Below are positions 22,255-33,033 of a stretch of DNA of 64,000 bases, piece after piece; positions within the stretch are counted from its first letter, which is position 1; the number at the start of each line of letters is the position of its first letter. The stretch is from an uncultured Holophagales bacterium. GTDB taxonomy: Bacteria > Acidobacteriota > Thermoanaerobaculia > Multivoradales > UBA5704. The stretch is taken from assembly GCA_963842525.1 (NCBI GenBank), contig CAWJGT010000009.1, positions 544,001 through 608,000 on the forward strand. The letters are read 5' to 3'. The translations under genes were made by a program, and so were the position numbers. The notes beneath the pieces are model-generated. The model did not search any database. It saw only the letters and a program-made list of their open reading frames with translations, and was not told where the DNA came from.

Positions 22255-23042
22255 TGGACACCGCAGCCTACCTCGAACGCATCAGATATCATGGTCCGCT
22301 GGAGCCAACCGCCGGGACGCTACGGCAGTTGCAAGTGGCGCATCTCCTCTCCGTCCCTTTCGAAAACCTGAGCATTCACGTGGGAGAGCCGATCGAGCTG
22401 ACCGATGAAGCCCTTTTCGAAAAAATCGTGACGCGCCGGCGTGGCGGTTTCTGCTATGAGCTCAACGGGCTGTTCGCCGCCCTGCTGCGCGCCCTGGGCT
22501 TCGACGTCGTGATGCTTTCGGCCGCCGCGATGCGCGCGGACGGGTCGTTCGGGCCCGAATTCGATCACATGGCGCTCCTGGTCAATCTCGCGGAGCGCTG
22601 GCTGGCGGACATCGGCTTCGGCGACTCGTTCCGCGAGCCGCTGCAGTTGGATGAGCGTGGGGAGCAGGCGGAGGTCCGGCGTGCCTATCGGATCGATGCT
22701 GCCGACGAGGACCGCCTGGTCCTGATGCAGCGCGACGAGGGCGGTGTATGGAAGGGTGAATATCGCTTCAGCCTGGAGCCGCACGCGTACGCCGACTACG
22801 CCGGGATGTGCCACTACCACCAGACCTCGCCGGAATCACACTTCACGCAGCGCAGCGTCTGCTCCCTGGCGACGCCGGATGGGCGCGTGACGTTGAGCGG
22901 AATGCGGCTCATCACCACCAGGGACGGCGAGCGGCAGGAGCGTGAGTTGGCGGATGAAGAGGAGTATGCCGCGACGCTGAGGAATTACTTCGGGATCGTG
23001 CTGCTAGGAACGGTGGACAGCGGCCCGATCAGCACGACCTGA
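22254..23042 (+). CDS. arylamine N-acetyltransferase
   Basis: VPFENL, RRGGFCYELN, HMALLV and ADIGFG (Cys-His-Asp triad). Confidence 0.92.
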   Translation: MDTAAYLERIRYHGPLEPTAGTLRQLQVAHLLSVPFENLSIHVGEPIELTDEALFEKIVTRRRGGFCYELNGLFAALLRALGFDVVMLSAAAMRADGSFGPEFDHMALLVNLAERWLADIGFGDSFREPLQLDERGEQAEVRRAYRIDAADEDRLVLMQRDEGGVWKGEYRFSLEPHAYADYAGMCHYHQTSPESHFTQRSVCSLATPDGRVTLSGMRLITTRDGERQERELADEEEYAATLRNYFGIVLLGTVDSGPISTT

Positions 23043-23177
23043 GGAGACCTCCTGGGCCGAAATCGTCGTCTCCTCTGCTTGATCCTCGACCACCTGCTCG
23101 AACATCTCGAGCAGGGGGGACGCGTAGGAGGCCTCGCCAAGCCGTCAGCAGGAGCGTGCGCCGCTCCGGCAAGCTGC

Positions 23178-23702
23178 TCAGATCTCGCAGCTCACTTCGG
23201 ATTCCGCGTTGCAGGTGTCGGTACCGGAGCCGCCGTCGGCGTAGTCGTCGCCCGTGTCGCCGGTCAGGTTGTCGTTGTCGCCCTCACCGTACAGGCAGTC
23301 GTTGCCGGAGTCGCCGTAAGCCGTATCGGTGCCGGACCCGCAATAGATGGTGTCGTCGCCGGCATTGCCGTCGATGGTGTCGTTGCCGCCCAATCCATTG
23401 ATGCACTCATGAGCCGAAGTGCCGTTCAACGTGTTGCCGCTGCTGGTCCCGTTGATGGTCGAGGTGCAGGAGGTCGCGAGGCATGAGCCGCAGAAGTCGA
23501 TACAGGTAGGGCCAGACATCCCACAGGTCGACTCGTTGCACTCGGGACAGTCGGGAATTTCGGGACCGCTGGTGCACACCTGGCTGCAACTCGAAGAACA
23601 ATTGCATAAGCCGCAGAGGAGCCCGGAAGCCGGGGGGGCCGCCAGCATCAAGACCAGTCCCAGGGCGAACACGACTGCGATACCACAGTCTCTCTTGCTC
23701 AT
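23178..23702 (-). CDS. secreted Cys-rich protein with hemolysin-type (RTX) Ca-binding repeats
   Basis: Signal peptide, 12 Cys in ~50 aa, then GxGxD nonapeptide repeats. Confidence 0.8.
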   Translation of the reverse strand: MSKRDCGIAVVFALGLVLMLAAPPASGLLCGLCNCSSSCSQVCTSGPEIPDCPECNESTCGMSGPTCIDFCGSCLATSCTSTINGTSSGNTLNGTSAHECINGLGGNDTIDGNAGDDTIYCGSGTDTAYGDSGNDCLYGEGDNDNLTGDTGDDYADGGSGTDTCNAESEVSCEI

Positions 23703-23783
23703 CGGCTCCTCCTGTTCGCGTAGAACAATCTCTACTCTGCTGTAAGATAGCACATGCGTAGCTCAGCTTGTCAAGGAGGTCTC

Positions 23784-26700
23784 ATGCAGTGGCTCATCAG
23801 GCTCGCGGTCCTCAGCGCCTGCGTTCTCGCTCCGGCCGCTGCCGGCGCGACGCCTGCACCGCTCGAAGTTTCCGGGCTGGTCGTCCGGGCCGGTGGGGCT
23901 CCAGCCGCTGTACGGGCGGTGCTCCTGCCTCTGCCGGGCAACCATGCCTGGCGGCGCGCCGTGCTTGCCGGGGCGGCGCCCGATCCCGCGGCGACGGTCG
24001 ACGCCGGCAGCGACGGGCGGTTCGTCCTCACGGCGCCGGCGGTGGGAGTGTGGTCGGTGGTGGTGACGGCTGCGGGCCGGGTGCCGATGCGCTACGTGCC
24101 CTTGCCGGTGACGGACCCCGTCGAGCTGCCGCCGCTCGAGCTGGTGCCCGATGCCGGCGTCGAGGTCACGGTGCGATGGCGAGACGGAAAGCCCGCGGCC
24201 GGCGTCTGGGTGCTGCTCACGACCGGGTCTCCGGAAGCTCATGCAAGGACTGCGGGCCGACGGCTGGCAGGTCGACTCGCGGCTCGGGCGCACGGACGCG
24301 GCAGGGCGGATGAGGTTGCCGCGCCTGGCTGGCGAGGAGGTGAAGGTCCATGCGTTCGCCGGGGACGCCCGCGCAGCCGCTGCCGTCTCGGCCGGCATGG
24401 CGCGGGCGGAGCTGGTCCTGGAGCCCGCGGCCGGCGGTCGCCTCGTCGAGATCCGCGAGGCGTCCGGCGCTCCTGTCGCTGGCGTCGCGGTCTCGGTGGG
24501 CAGCCCGGCGTGGCCCGCCGGCATCGCGGACCGCGACGGCCGGCTGTCCCTTCCGCTCGATCAAGGGCCGTTCAACCTCCTCCTCGCGGACGGCCGCCGC
24601 TACAAGCTGGAGTCGTTGCCGGTCGCTGGCGGTGCCGCAGGCGATCCCCTCCGCATCGATCTGGCGCCGTTGCGGCGCCTCGATGGCAAGCTGCTCGACG
24701 CCGCGACCCGGCGGCCTCTCGCCGGAGCGCTGGTGTGGCCGGGCGACGATCCGGGGAACGCCACCTTCACCGACGATCGGGGCCTCTATACCGTCGCGGA
24801 ACGCGCCGGCAGCGCCTGGGTGCGGGCCGCGGCGAGGGGCTTTCTACCGCAGGTCGCGACACTGCTGCGAGCTGACGCCGCCACCGCCCGGATCCCCACT
24901 CTCGCTCTCGAGACCGCCAACTCGCTCGCTGGGCGCGTGGTCGACACGGCGGGAGCGCCGCTCGGCGGCGTGGTCCTCACCGTGGCTCCGGATCGCCGCC
25001 CGCGGGACGAGGTCTTCCGTCTCGACCGTGCCGCGAGCCGGGCGGTGAGCGACGCCCAAGGCCGCTTCCTCCTGCGTGGCCTCGCCGCGGCGGCGTCTTA
25101 CGACCTAACCGCGAGCCGGCCGGGCTATCGGGCGACGAAGGCGACCGCGGCGGCGCGCGGCGAGGTCCGACTCATCCTCGAACGGGCCCGGTCCGCGCGT
25201 GGCCTCGCCGCCGACACCCGCGAGCGCCCGCTGGCCGGCGTCGAGGTGACGATCCGGCCTTCCCCCGCCGGCTCCGCTCCCGGCGAGACCGTGACCGCCG
25301 TCACCGACCCACGAGGGCGCTTCGAGGTGCCGGCGCTCCCCGGCGACCGGGTGGACCTCGAGGCCCGGCGGCAAGGCTTCGCCCCTACGATCGTTCCGGG
25401 AGTCGCGATCGCTCCGGGTCCGGGCTCCGTCGATCTCGGAACCCTGACCCTCGCGCCCGGCGTGCGGATCGAAGGCCGGGTCGCCGACGCCGCAGGCCGG
25501 CCGCTCGCCGGGGCCGGGGTGTGGTTGACTGAGGCAGATCGCCTGCCGAGCCGCGCGCTGGCCGAGACGCTCCGGCCGCAGGAGCCCGCCGCGGTGAGCG
25601 ATGAGGCCGGCCGCTTCGCGATCGCCGATCTCACCAGAGGGCGGATGGTGAACGTCCTCCTCGCGCGCGAGGGATACCTGCCCGCCTGGGTGGCGCGCGT
25701 CGAGGCGCCGCCCGCCAGGCCGCTCGCGGTGGTGCTGGAGCCGGCTTCCGGTATCCGCGGGCGGGTCGAAGACGAATCCGGCGAGCCGGTGCCGGGGGCG
25801 AGCGTGCGCCTGCGCCCCGCAACGCCTCCGCCTGGGACCGTCGGCGTGGAGCGACGGCGATCCGAGAACACGATGGACGTCCGGTCCGACCGCGACGGGA
25901 CCTTCGCCCTGGCCGAGGTCGCGCCGGGCCAGGTGACGCTCGAAGCCTCGGCGGAGGGGTTCCTGCCCCTCGAGCCCGTCGAGATCCAGGTGCCGCTGAG
26001 AGGCGCGGTCGAGGACGTGCGCCTCGTCCTCGACCGCGGCGCCACCGTCAGCGGCCAGGTCACCACCACCGGCGGCGAGCCGGTCGCCGGTGTGAGCCTC
26101 CGCATCGGTCCGGCCAGCGGCGAGTCCGATGCCGAGGGCCGTTACCGCCTGGCGGGCGTCCCTCTCGGATTGAAGGGACTGTACCTCAGCCATCCGGCCT
26201 ACAAGGGGAAGGCCCGGGAGGTCGACGTCCAGCCGGGAGAGAACCGGGTCGACGTCACGCTGGAGAGAGGGGCGACGGTCTCCGGCCGCGTGGTCGACGA
26301 GGCGGGGACGCCGAGGATCGGCGCCGCGTTGACGTTGAGAAACCGCAGCGAGCGCGGTCCGCGCGGCTACCGGGCTCTGGCCGGCGCCGATGGCCGCTTC
26401 GAGATCCTCGCGGTCGCCGACGGCAGCTTCGACCTGGAGGCCGAGGCCGACGGCTTCGCGCCCACGGTCCACCCCGCCGTCGTCGAGGTGGCGGGGCGAG
26501 ACGTCGCGGGCCTCGAGCTGGTACTGCGGCGCGGGGCGACCGTCTTCGGCCGGATCCGGGGTCTCGATCGCACGCAGACGGCGGCGGTCGAGGTCACGGC
26601 CGAACGCGACGGACGGCCTGCGCGGACCGGGATGGTCGACCACGAGGGCCGCTACGAGATCGCCTCGCTCGAAGCCGGCGACTGGCACCTGCGGGGGCGG

Positions 26701-27819
26701 CTGGCCGGCGGTCGGCGCGAGGCCGAAGCGTGGGTGACGATCACGCCCGGCGACCGGAGAGTCGAGCGCGATCTGAAGCTCGGAGGCGGTTTGGCGCTCG
26801 ACGGGCTGGTGCTGGTGGAGGACCGGCCGCTGCCGCAATCCCACGTCAGCCTCCGCGGCCTCGACGTGACCGCCGAGCGCGGCGTGACCACCGATCATCA
26901 GGGCGCCTTTCGGATCGAGGACCTGGAGCCGGGCCGTTATCGCGTCGAGGTGGTCCACGGCGAGCGGATGTTGAGCCACACCGAGGACCTGGATCTCGAC
27001 GCCGACCGCGAGGTCGTGATCGAGATCGCCACCGCGGTGCTCTCGGGCACCGTCGTCGACGCCGGCTCCGGCGAAGGCGTGGCGGACGCGCTGGTCTACC
27101 TCGAGCGGCAGCTCGGCGGGGCCGAGGCCGGGCCGCTGACCACCGTCGGCACGAACGCCGCCGGCTCGTTCGTCACCGCCAGCCTGGCCCCGGGCCGCTA
27201 CCGGCTCACCGTACGCGGTAACGGCTATGCGCCGGAAGAACGCATCGTCGATGCCGAAGCCGGCGTTGCCGCCGAACCGTTGACGATCGAGCTCAAACCG
27301 ACCGCCGGTCTGACTCTCACCGTCCGGCGGGCCTCCGGCGAGCCACCGCTATGGGCGACCGTCGTCGTGCTCGACGAGAGCGGCCGCCCGGTTCACGTCG
27401 AGGAGCCGCGCCTGAGCGCCTACGGCAATGGGTATCTCCAGCAGATCCCGCCCGGCCAGTGGACCATCCTGGTCAAGGCAGCCGGCTCGGCCACCGCGCT
27501 CGCCAGGGCCACCGTCCCCGGCGAGAGGCTGGAGGTGACGTTGCCCCGCGGGGCAACGCTCACGGCTCGCGTCCCGCCGCTTCTGGAGTCCCGCGTCGCC
27601 GCCGCCCTGGCCCTCGTTGCCGCGGACGGTACTCCTTATCTCGGCATCAACCCCGGCGGGTACTTCCAGCAGTCATGGCCGTTGGTCGGAGGTGCGGCCA
27701 CCATCACCGACGTCCCCGCCGGTGTGTGGCGGCTGGAGGTCACCGCCGCCGATGGCCGGGTGTGGGCCGGCTCCGCGATCACGACCGGCGAGACGGCGGT
27801 GACCGCGGTGATCGAATGA
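23784..27819 (+). CDS. large secreted protein of carboxypeptidase-regulatory-like repeats (frameshift ~24240)
   Basis: Signal peptide; many G.V.D..G.P..G..V / D..GRF repeats; joins ORFs 23754 and 24151. Confidence 0.8.
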
Positions 27820-27873
27820 GAGGCCCGGGAAGAGGGACCGATTTCGCCCCTGCTTGGTGCGCGCCGCGCCGGC

Positions 27874-29430
27874 TCAGGAGGTCAGGTTGTCAGCCTGATG
27901 CTCGGGACGCAGCAGGTCCATCACCGTCTTGACCGGGGCGAAGGTCTCGTCCGGGATCTCGACGAAGACGGTGTTCCAGCCTGCCATGGCGCCGTTCCAG
28001 AGCCCGGGGCGCTCGAGGGCCTTGAGCGGTCTGCCCTCGTGCGACTTGTGGGAGATGAAGACGGTTGCCGGATCGACGCGGCGCCGCAAGTCGTAGGGCT
28101 GGCCGTGGCGGTCGCGCAAGGCGCAGGCGAGGTCGGTCGGGTTGAAGTAGGTGGACGCCGCGAGGATTTTCTGCTGCTCCGGCGACGCGGGGTCGATCTG
28201 TGAGGTCTCGACGATCTGGAGCGACACGTCGCCCGTCTGCGACTCCACCCAGAAGGGGCCGCCTCCGGGCTCGCCCAGGTTGCGTACCATGCCGCAGACC
28301 CGCAAGGGCCGGTCCAGGGCGTGGATCAGGTACTGCCGCCGCGTTTCGCTGCCCGCGATGGCGATGTCCGGCGGCACCGTGCGGCACAGGTCGTCAGCCA
28401 GGAATCTGTCGACTTCGTCCAGCAGCTCGAGGGGGGCGGGGCCGGCCTCCAACCTCTCCAGACAGCCGAAAACCCGCTTCTGCAGGGCGACCAGGGCGCC
28501 GGCCATGAGCTTCTTCCACAGGATGCCCGTGTCTTTACGGCTGTCCGGGACCACGTTGTCGATGTTCTTGAGCAGGACGATGTCCCAGCCCAACGCGGCA
28601 AGGGCCTGCAGGTTCTCGATCAGCGAGCCGTGCCCGCCGGGACGGAAGAGGAGCGTGCCGTCCTCCTGCCGGAAGGGGCGGTTCTCGGGATCGACCGCCA
28701 GGGTGTCCGTGGACCTCGACTGGTCGGAGAAGGTCACCAGGAATCGGCAGCCGTAGCGCTCCTCATAGCGCGGGCGGACGGCGTCGAGGAGCCGGGCGAA
28801 CCCCTCCTCGTGCTGGGGCGAGACGGTCAGGTGCAGACGGCAGGCGCCGTCCGCGTCCCGGGTGTAGGCCGCGGCCTCGACCAGGTGCTCCTCGAAGGCG
28901 GTCCGCGAGCCTTCCGGATACCGGTGGAATTTCAGGAGTCCCTTGGGCAATTCGGCATAGCCCAGGCCTTTTTCGGTGAGCAGCGCCGTCAGGATCGTCC
29001 GCCAGTCGCCCTGCTGCGCCAGCTTCATGAGATCGCGGCCGTCCCGTGCCAGGACGGCAGCGAGATCCTCGAAGAAGGCAAAGCGGGGAAGGTTGTCGAG
29101 GACCTTCCGCACTTCGGCCGGCGCCTCGGCCTGCTGTGGGTTGTTGAGGCACGAGATGAGCGATTTGAACATCCGGGTGGCCGCACCGGAAGCGGGAACG
29201 AATTTGCCGATCCGCCCCTGGGCCGCGGCCCGCTCGAAGACGGCCAGCAGCTCGGGATGATCGCTGTCGAAGAACCGCCGGATCCCGTCGCCGGGCGTGC
29301 AGGGCCGTAGCACCCGGGTGAAGAGCGACGGATTGCGGAACAGCTCGACCTGGCGGGCCGCTTCCTCGGGCGCAATGCCGAGGCCGTGCATCTGCCGCAG
29401 GTCGTTTTCGGTGAAGAGGTCTTCGGCCAT
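27874..29430 (-). CDS. DUF4301 family protein (nucleotidyltransferase-like)
   Basis: KFVPASGAATRMF, FRPGGHG, RVCGMVRN.GEPGGGPFWV and PGLWNGAMA. Confidence 0.85.
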   Translation of the reverse strand: MAEDLFTENDLRQMHGLGIAPEEAARQVELFRNPSLFTRVLRPCTPGDGIRRFFDSDHPELLAVFERAAAQGRIGKFVPASGAATRMFKSLISCLNNPQQAEAPAEVRKVLDNLPRFAFFEDLAAVLARDGRDLMKLAQQGDWRTILTALLTEKGLGYAELPKGLLKFHRYPEGSRTAFEEHLVEAAAYTRDADGACRLHLTVSPQHEEGFARLLDAVRPRYEERYGCRFLVTFSDQSRSTDTLAVDPENRPFRQEDGTLLFRPGGHGSLIENLQALAALGWDIVLLKNIDNVVPDSRKDTGILWKKLMAGALVALQKRVFGCLERLEAGPAPLELLDEVDRFLADDLCRTVPPDIAIAGSETRRQYLIHALDRPLRVCGMVRNLGEPGGGPFWVESQTGDVSLQIVETSQIDPASPEQQKILAASTYFNPTDLACALRDRHGQPYDLRRRVDPATVFISHKSHEGRPLKALERPGLWNGAMAGWNTVFVEIPDETFAPVKTVMDLLRPEHQADNLTS

Positions 29431-29451
29431 GCGGGGTGAAGGCGCGGTCCG

Positions 29452-30018
29452 TCAGGGACCGGCGAGCCGGAGCTTTTGCACGATCTCGGCCAGGCGGGGG
29501 GCGTTGCGATCCTTGTCGTTGAGGACCGGGTCCTGCACGGGCCACGCGATCCCGATCTCCGGATCGTTCCAGACGATGGCGATCTCGTCGTCGCGGTCGT
29601 AGGGCTTCGTGCACTTGTACTGCACGTGCGCCGTGGCGGAGAGGACGCAGAAGCCGTGGGCGTAGCCGGGCGGGATGTAGAGCTGGTGGAAGTTCTCGCC
29701 CGACAGGACCGCGCCCACCCACCGGCCGAAGGTCGGCGACTCCGGACGGATGTCGACCGCCACGTCGAAGATCTCTCCCAGGATCACCCGCACGAGCTTG
29801 CCCTGCGGCTGCCGGAGCTGGGCATGGAGCCCGCGCAGGATCCGGCCGGCGGAGAAGGAGTGGTTGTCCTGGACGAAGGGATCGGGGATGCCGCCGGCCT
29901 GGTACTTCTCCTGGTGGTAGGTCTCCAGGAAGAACCCGCGGGTGTCGGGCCACACAACCGGCTTGACGAGGACGACCCCGTCGAGGCCCAGGCGCTCGAA
30001 TTCAATCTCTCGTCTCAT
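29452..30018 (-). CDS. rfbC: dTDP-4-dehydrorhamnose 3,5-epimerase
   Basis: [25 protein letters not shown] and GYAHGF. Confidence 0.9.
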   Translation of the reverse strand: MRREIEFERLGLDGVVLVKPVVWPDTRGFFLETYHQEKYQAGGIPDPFVQDNHSFSAGRILRGLHAQLRQPQGKLVRVILGEIFDVAVDIRPESPTFGRWVGAVLSGENFHQLYIPPGYAHGFCVLSATAHVQYKCTKPYDRDDEIAIVWNDPEIGIAWPVQDPVLNDKDRNAPRLAEIVQKLRLAGP

Positions 30019-30022
30019 CGGG

Positions 30023-31104
30023 TCAGCTCCGGACCAGCCCGAGACGCTCACGCCCGTAGCGGCCCGCCTGCACGGCTTCGCACCAGGCGCGGTTGGCGAG
30101 GTACCAGCGCACGGTCGCGCGCAGGCCCGCGGCGAAGTCGTACCGCGGCTCCCAGCCGAGCTCGGTCCGCGCCTTGGTGTCGTCGATGGCATAGCGCCGG
30201 TCGTGGCCAGGCCGGTCGGCGACGAAGGTCTTGAGGTCCTTGTAGGAGGAGATCCCGCTGCAGGGCGCGCCGCAGGGTGCTCCTGGTCGAGGACCTCGCA
30301 GAGGGTGTCGACGAGCTGGAGGTTGGTCTTCTCGCTCCGCCCGCCGAGGTTGTACTTCTCGCCCGGCCGGCCCCGCTGCAGGACGGCGAGGACGCCGCGG
30401 CAGTGGTCCTCGACGTAAATCCAGTCGCGGACGTTGCCGCCGTCGCCGTAGATGGGCAGCGGTTTGCCTTCCAGGGCATTGAGCGTCATCAGGGGGATCA
30501 GCTTCTCGGGAAACTGGTAGGGGCCGTAGTTGTTCGAGCAGTTGGTGATCAGGACCGGCAGCCCGTAGGTCTCGTGCCAGGCGCGCGCCAGGTGGTCGGC
30601 GCCGGCCTTGGAGGCCGCGTACGGCGAATTCGGTGCGTACGGCGTGGTCTCCTGGAAGGCGCCGGTCGGCCCCAGGCTGCCGTAGACCTCGTCGGTCGAC
30701 ACGTGCAGGAAGCGGAAGCCGGCCCGCTCGTGCTCTGCCAGTCCCGCGAGGTACCGGCGCGCCGCCTCGAGCAGCTCGAAGGTGCCGACGATGTTCGTCT
30801 GGACGAAGGCGCCCGCGTCCTCGATCGAGCGGTCGACGTGGCTCTCGGCGGCGAAGTTGACGACCGCCGTGGGGCGGTGCTCGGCAAAGAGCCGCCGGAC
30901 CAGCTCGCGGTCCGCGATGTCGCCCTGGACGAACGCCAAGCGCGGGCTGTCGAGCACGCCGGCCAGACTCTCCAGGCTCCCCGCGTAGGTCAGCTTGTCC
31001 AGCACGATGATTCGCGGGGCGCGGGCGCCGGTCTCGGACAGGAGGAGCCGTACGAAGTTGCAGCCGATGAATCCGGCGCCGCCGGTGACCAGAAGGGTTT
31101 CCAT
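30023..31104 (-). CDS. rfbB: dTDP-glucose 4,6-dehydratase (frameshift ~30270)
   Basis: [26 protein letters not shown] and YAASK; C-terminus [12 protein letters not shown] in the alternate frame. Confidence 0.92.
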
Positions 31105-31142
31105 GGGCGGGGAAGTATATCGGACGTATACAATCCGCGCCC

Positions 31143-31972
31143 ATGATGCCGCAACCTTTGAGCCCCCTCCAGGCGATCGTGCTCGCCGTTGTCCAGGGGG
31201 TGACCGAGTTCCTCCCCGTCAGCTCCTCGGGGCACCTGATCCTGGTCCCCTATTTCCTGCGCTGGCCCGACCAGGGGCTGACCTTTGACATCGCCACCCA
31301 CACGGGGACGCTGCTGGCGATCCTGGCCTACTTCCGCCGCGACGTGCGCGACCTGGTCGTCGGCTTCTTCACCGGGCAGCCGCGCTCGGGCGACGGCGAC
31401 TTCTCGCCGCGCAGGCTCGCCTGGGCCATCCTCCTCGCCACGATTCCCGCCGGACTCGCCGGCCTGTTGTTCAAGGACTGGATCTCCACCCAGGCGCGCA
31501 GCCCGTTGCTGATCGCCGGTACGACGATCTTCTACGCGCTGGTGATGGCGGCGGCGGACCGCATGGGCCGGCAAGAGCGGAGCATCGGCGACATCGGCTG
31601 GGCATCGGCCCTGCTGATCGGCACGGCCCAGGCTCTCGCCCTCGTGCCGGGCACCTCGCGCTCGGGGATCACCATCGCCGCCGCCCTCTTCCTGGGGTTC
31701 GCCCGGCCTGCGGCGGCGCGCTTCTCGTTCCTCATGATCATCCCCATCAGCGTGCTGGTGGCAGCGATGGACGCAAAGGATCTGATCGAGGAGGGGGTGA
31801 CAACGGCGAGCTCGTGCCCATGGCCATCGGCCTGGCCGTCTCGGCGGTGGTGGGGTACCTGGTGATCGCCTGGCTCCTCGCCTGGCTGCGTCGGCAGCGC
31901 CTCACGGTGTTCGTGGTCTACCGGCTCCTGCTGGGGGCCGTCATCCTGGCGACGGTGCTCTTCCGAGGCTAG
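31143..31972 (+). CDS. uppP: undecaprenyl-diphosphate phosphatase (frameshift ~31810)
   Basis: [15 protein letters not shown] and PGTSRSG; C-terminus ..FVVYRLLLG in the shifted frame. Confidence 0.9.
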
Positions 31973-32006
31973 TTGCGAATTTCTTCACTTTCCTCTCGGC
32001 AGGTTA

Positions 32007-32035
32007 TTGACAAGTGACGATGGGAGGGCTAGGCT
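32007..32035 (+). promoter_or_regulatory. sigma70-type promoter
   Basis: TTGACA-N17-TAGGCT. Confidence 0.7.
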
Positions 32036-32040
32036 CCCGA

Positions 32041-32107
32041 ATTGCGGGGAGGTGTAGACCTCCTCTCATCCCTCCAAAAAGGAGCGCACGAGCGCTCCTC
32101 TTTTTTT
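32041..32107 (+). ncRNA. candidate ~67-nt small RNA
   Basis: Near-consensus promoter, hairpin GGGGAGGT-GTAG-ACCTCCTC, unpaired TCATCCCTCC and a terminator, with no ORF. Confidence 0.55.
32076..32107. terminator. intrinsic terminator, probably bidirectional
   Basis: AAAAA-GGAGCGC-ACGA-GCGCTCC-TCTTTTTTT. Confidence 0.85.
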
Positions 32108-32161
32108 GGGGTGAGACCGCCGCGGTGGCGGGGGCCGGGGCTCCTGCATGTCCGCGCGTCC

Positions 32162-32484
32162 CCGCGGTGGCGCTTACCGGTCCCGCGGGATCGCCTCGAG
32201 CCGCCGCGAGCAGCGTCGCTGGTGCCGCGATGGCGCTTGTCGGTCCCGCGGGAACGCTTCGCGTCGCCGCGAGCAGCGTCGCTGGTCCCGCGGTGGAGCC
32301 TGCCGGTGCCGCGGGACCGCTTCGAGTCGCCGCGAGCAGCGTCACTGGTGCCGCGGTGGCGCTTGCCGGTGCCGCGGGACCGGTTCGAGTCGCCGCGAGC
32401 AGCGTCGTTGGTCCCGCGGTGGAGCCTGCCGGTGCCGCGGGACCGGTTCGCGTCGCCGCGAGCAGCGTCACTGGTCCCGCGGGA
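32162..32484. repeat. five 63-bp tandem repeats, each built from three 21-bp CCGCG-starting subunits
   Basis: Units start at 32162, 32225, 32288, 32351, 32414 and (partial) 32477. Confidence 0.9.
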
Positions 32485-32488
32485 CGGC

Positions 32489-32725
32489 TCAGACTTCCGT
32501 GTACACGAGATACTCCGGCATGCGGTCCAGGTCGAGGCGCAGCAACTCGCGCCGCTGGGTCTCCGGGGCGTCCTCCGGCTCCTCCAACTTGAGCCAGGTC
32601 GCGAACCAGCGCCCGTGCTGATAGAAGATCTCCAGCCCCGCCTCTTCCGGCGTGTAGGGCGGCACCCAGACCTCCGGCTGAACGGCCCGCGGATCGTGCG
32701 GCCGGGCGGTGAAGTTGTCCCGCAC
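32489..32725 (-). CDS. small hypothetical protein (78 aa)
   Basis: Coding-like composition; TAAAAT 6 nt before the GTG. Confidence 0.6.
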   Translation of the reverse strand: MRDNFTARPHDPRAVQPEVWVPPYTPEEAGLEIFYQHGRWFATWLKLEEPEDAPETQRRELLRLDLDRMPEYLVYTEV

Positions 32726-32734
32726 GACAAGATT

Positions 32735-33033
32735 TTAGAGGACTTCCCGGGTCGCCTCGTCAGGGCCCCTCGGCAGCCGCTCTGCCCTGTTGCCGGGCTC
32801 ATAGCTCGCCAGATCTCGCAGGCTCCGGATGGCGGGCTCCAGACAGTCGATGAACAGGCACCCCAGGACGGCGCGGACCTCGGTCGGGAAGTCCGGATCC
32901 GTGTCGAGGTCGCGGTACCGGCCTTCCTGCGGTGTCACCGGCTGGCAGCGTTGGAGTTTCGCAGACTCTCGAGGCACGCCCCCAGGTCCCGGCACACGCA
33001 CTGCAGCCCTCTGCGGGTCTCGCCTTCGGTCAT
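32735..33033 (-). CDS. small hypothetical protein coupled to the TPR gene (frameshift ~32950)
   Basis: ATGA overlap with the TPR stop; MTEGETRRGLQCVCRDL... continues as ...DLDTDPDFPTEVRAVLGCLFIDCLEPAIRSLRDLASY in another frame. Confidence 0.5.

Noticed and set aside
29452-31104. RfbB-RfbC fusion in the ORF track
   Set aside because: Frameshift near 30270; the true RfbB C-terminus is in another frame ending at 30023.
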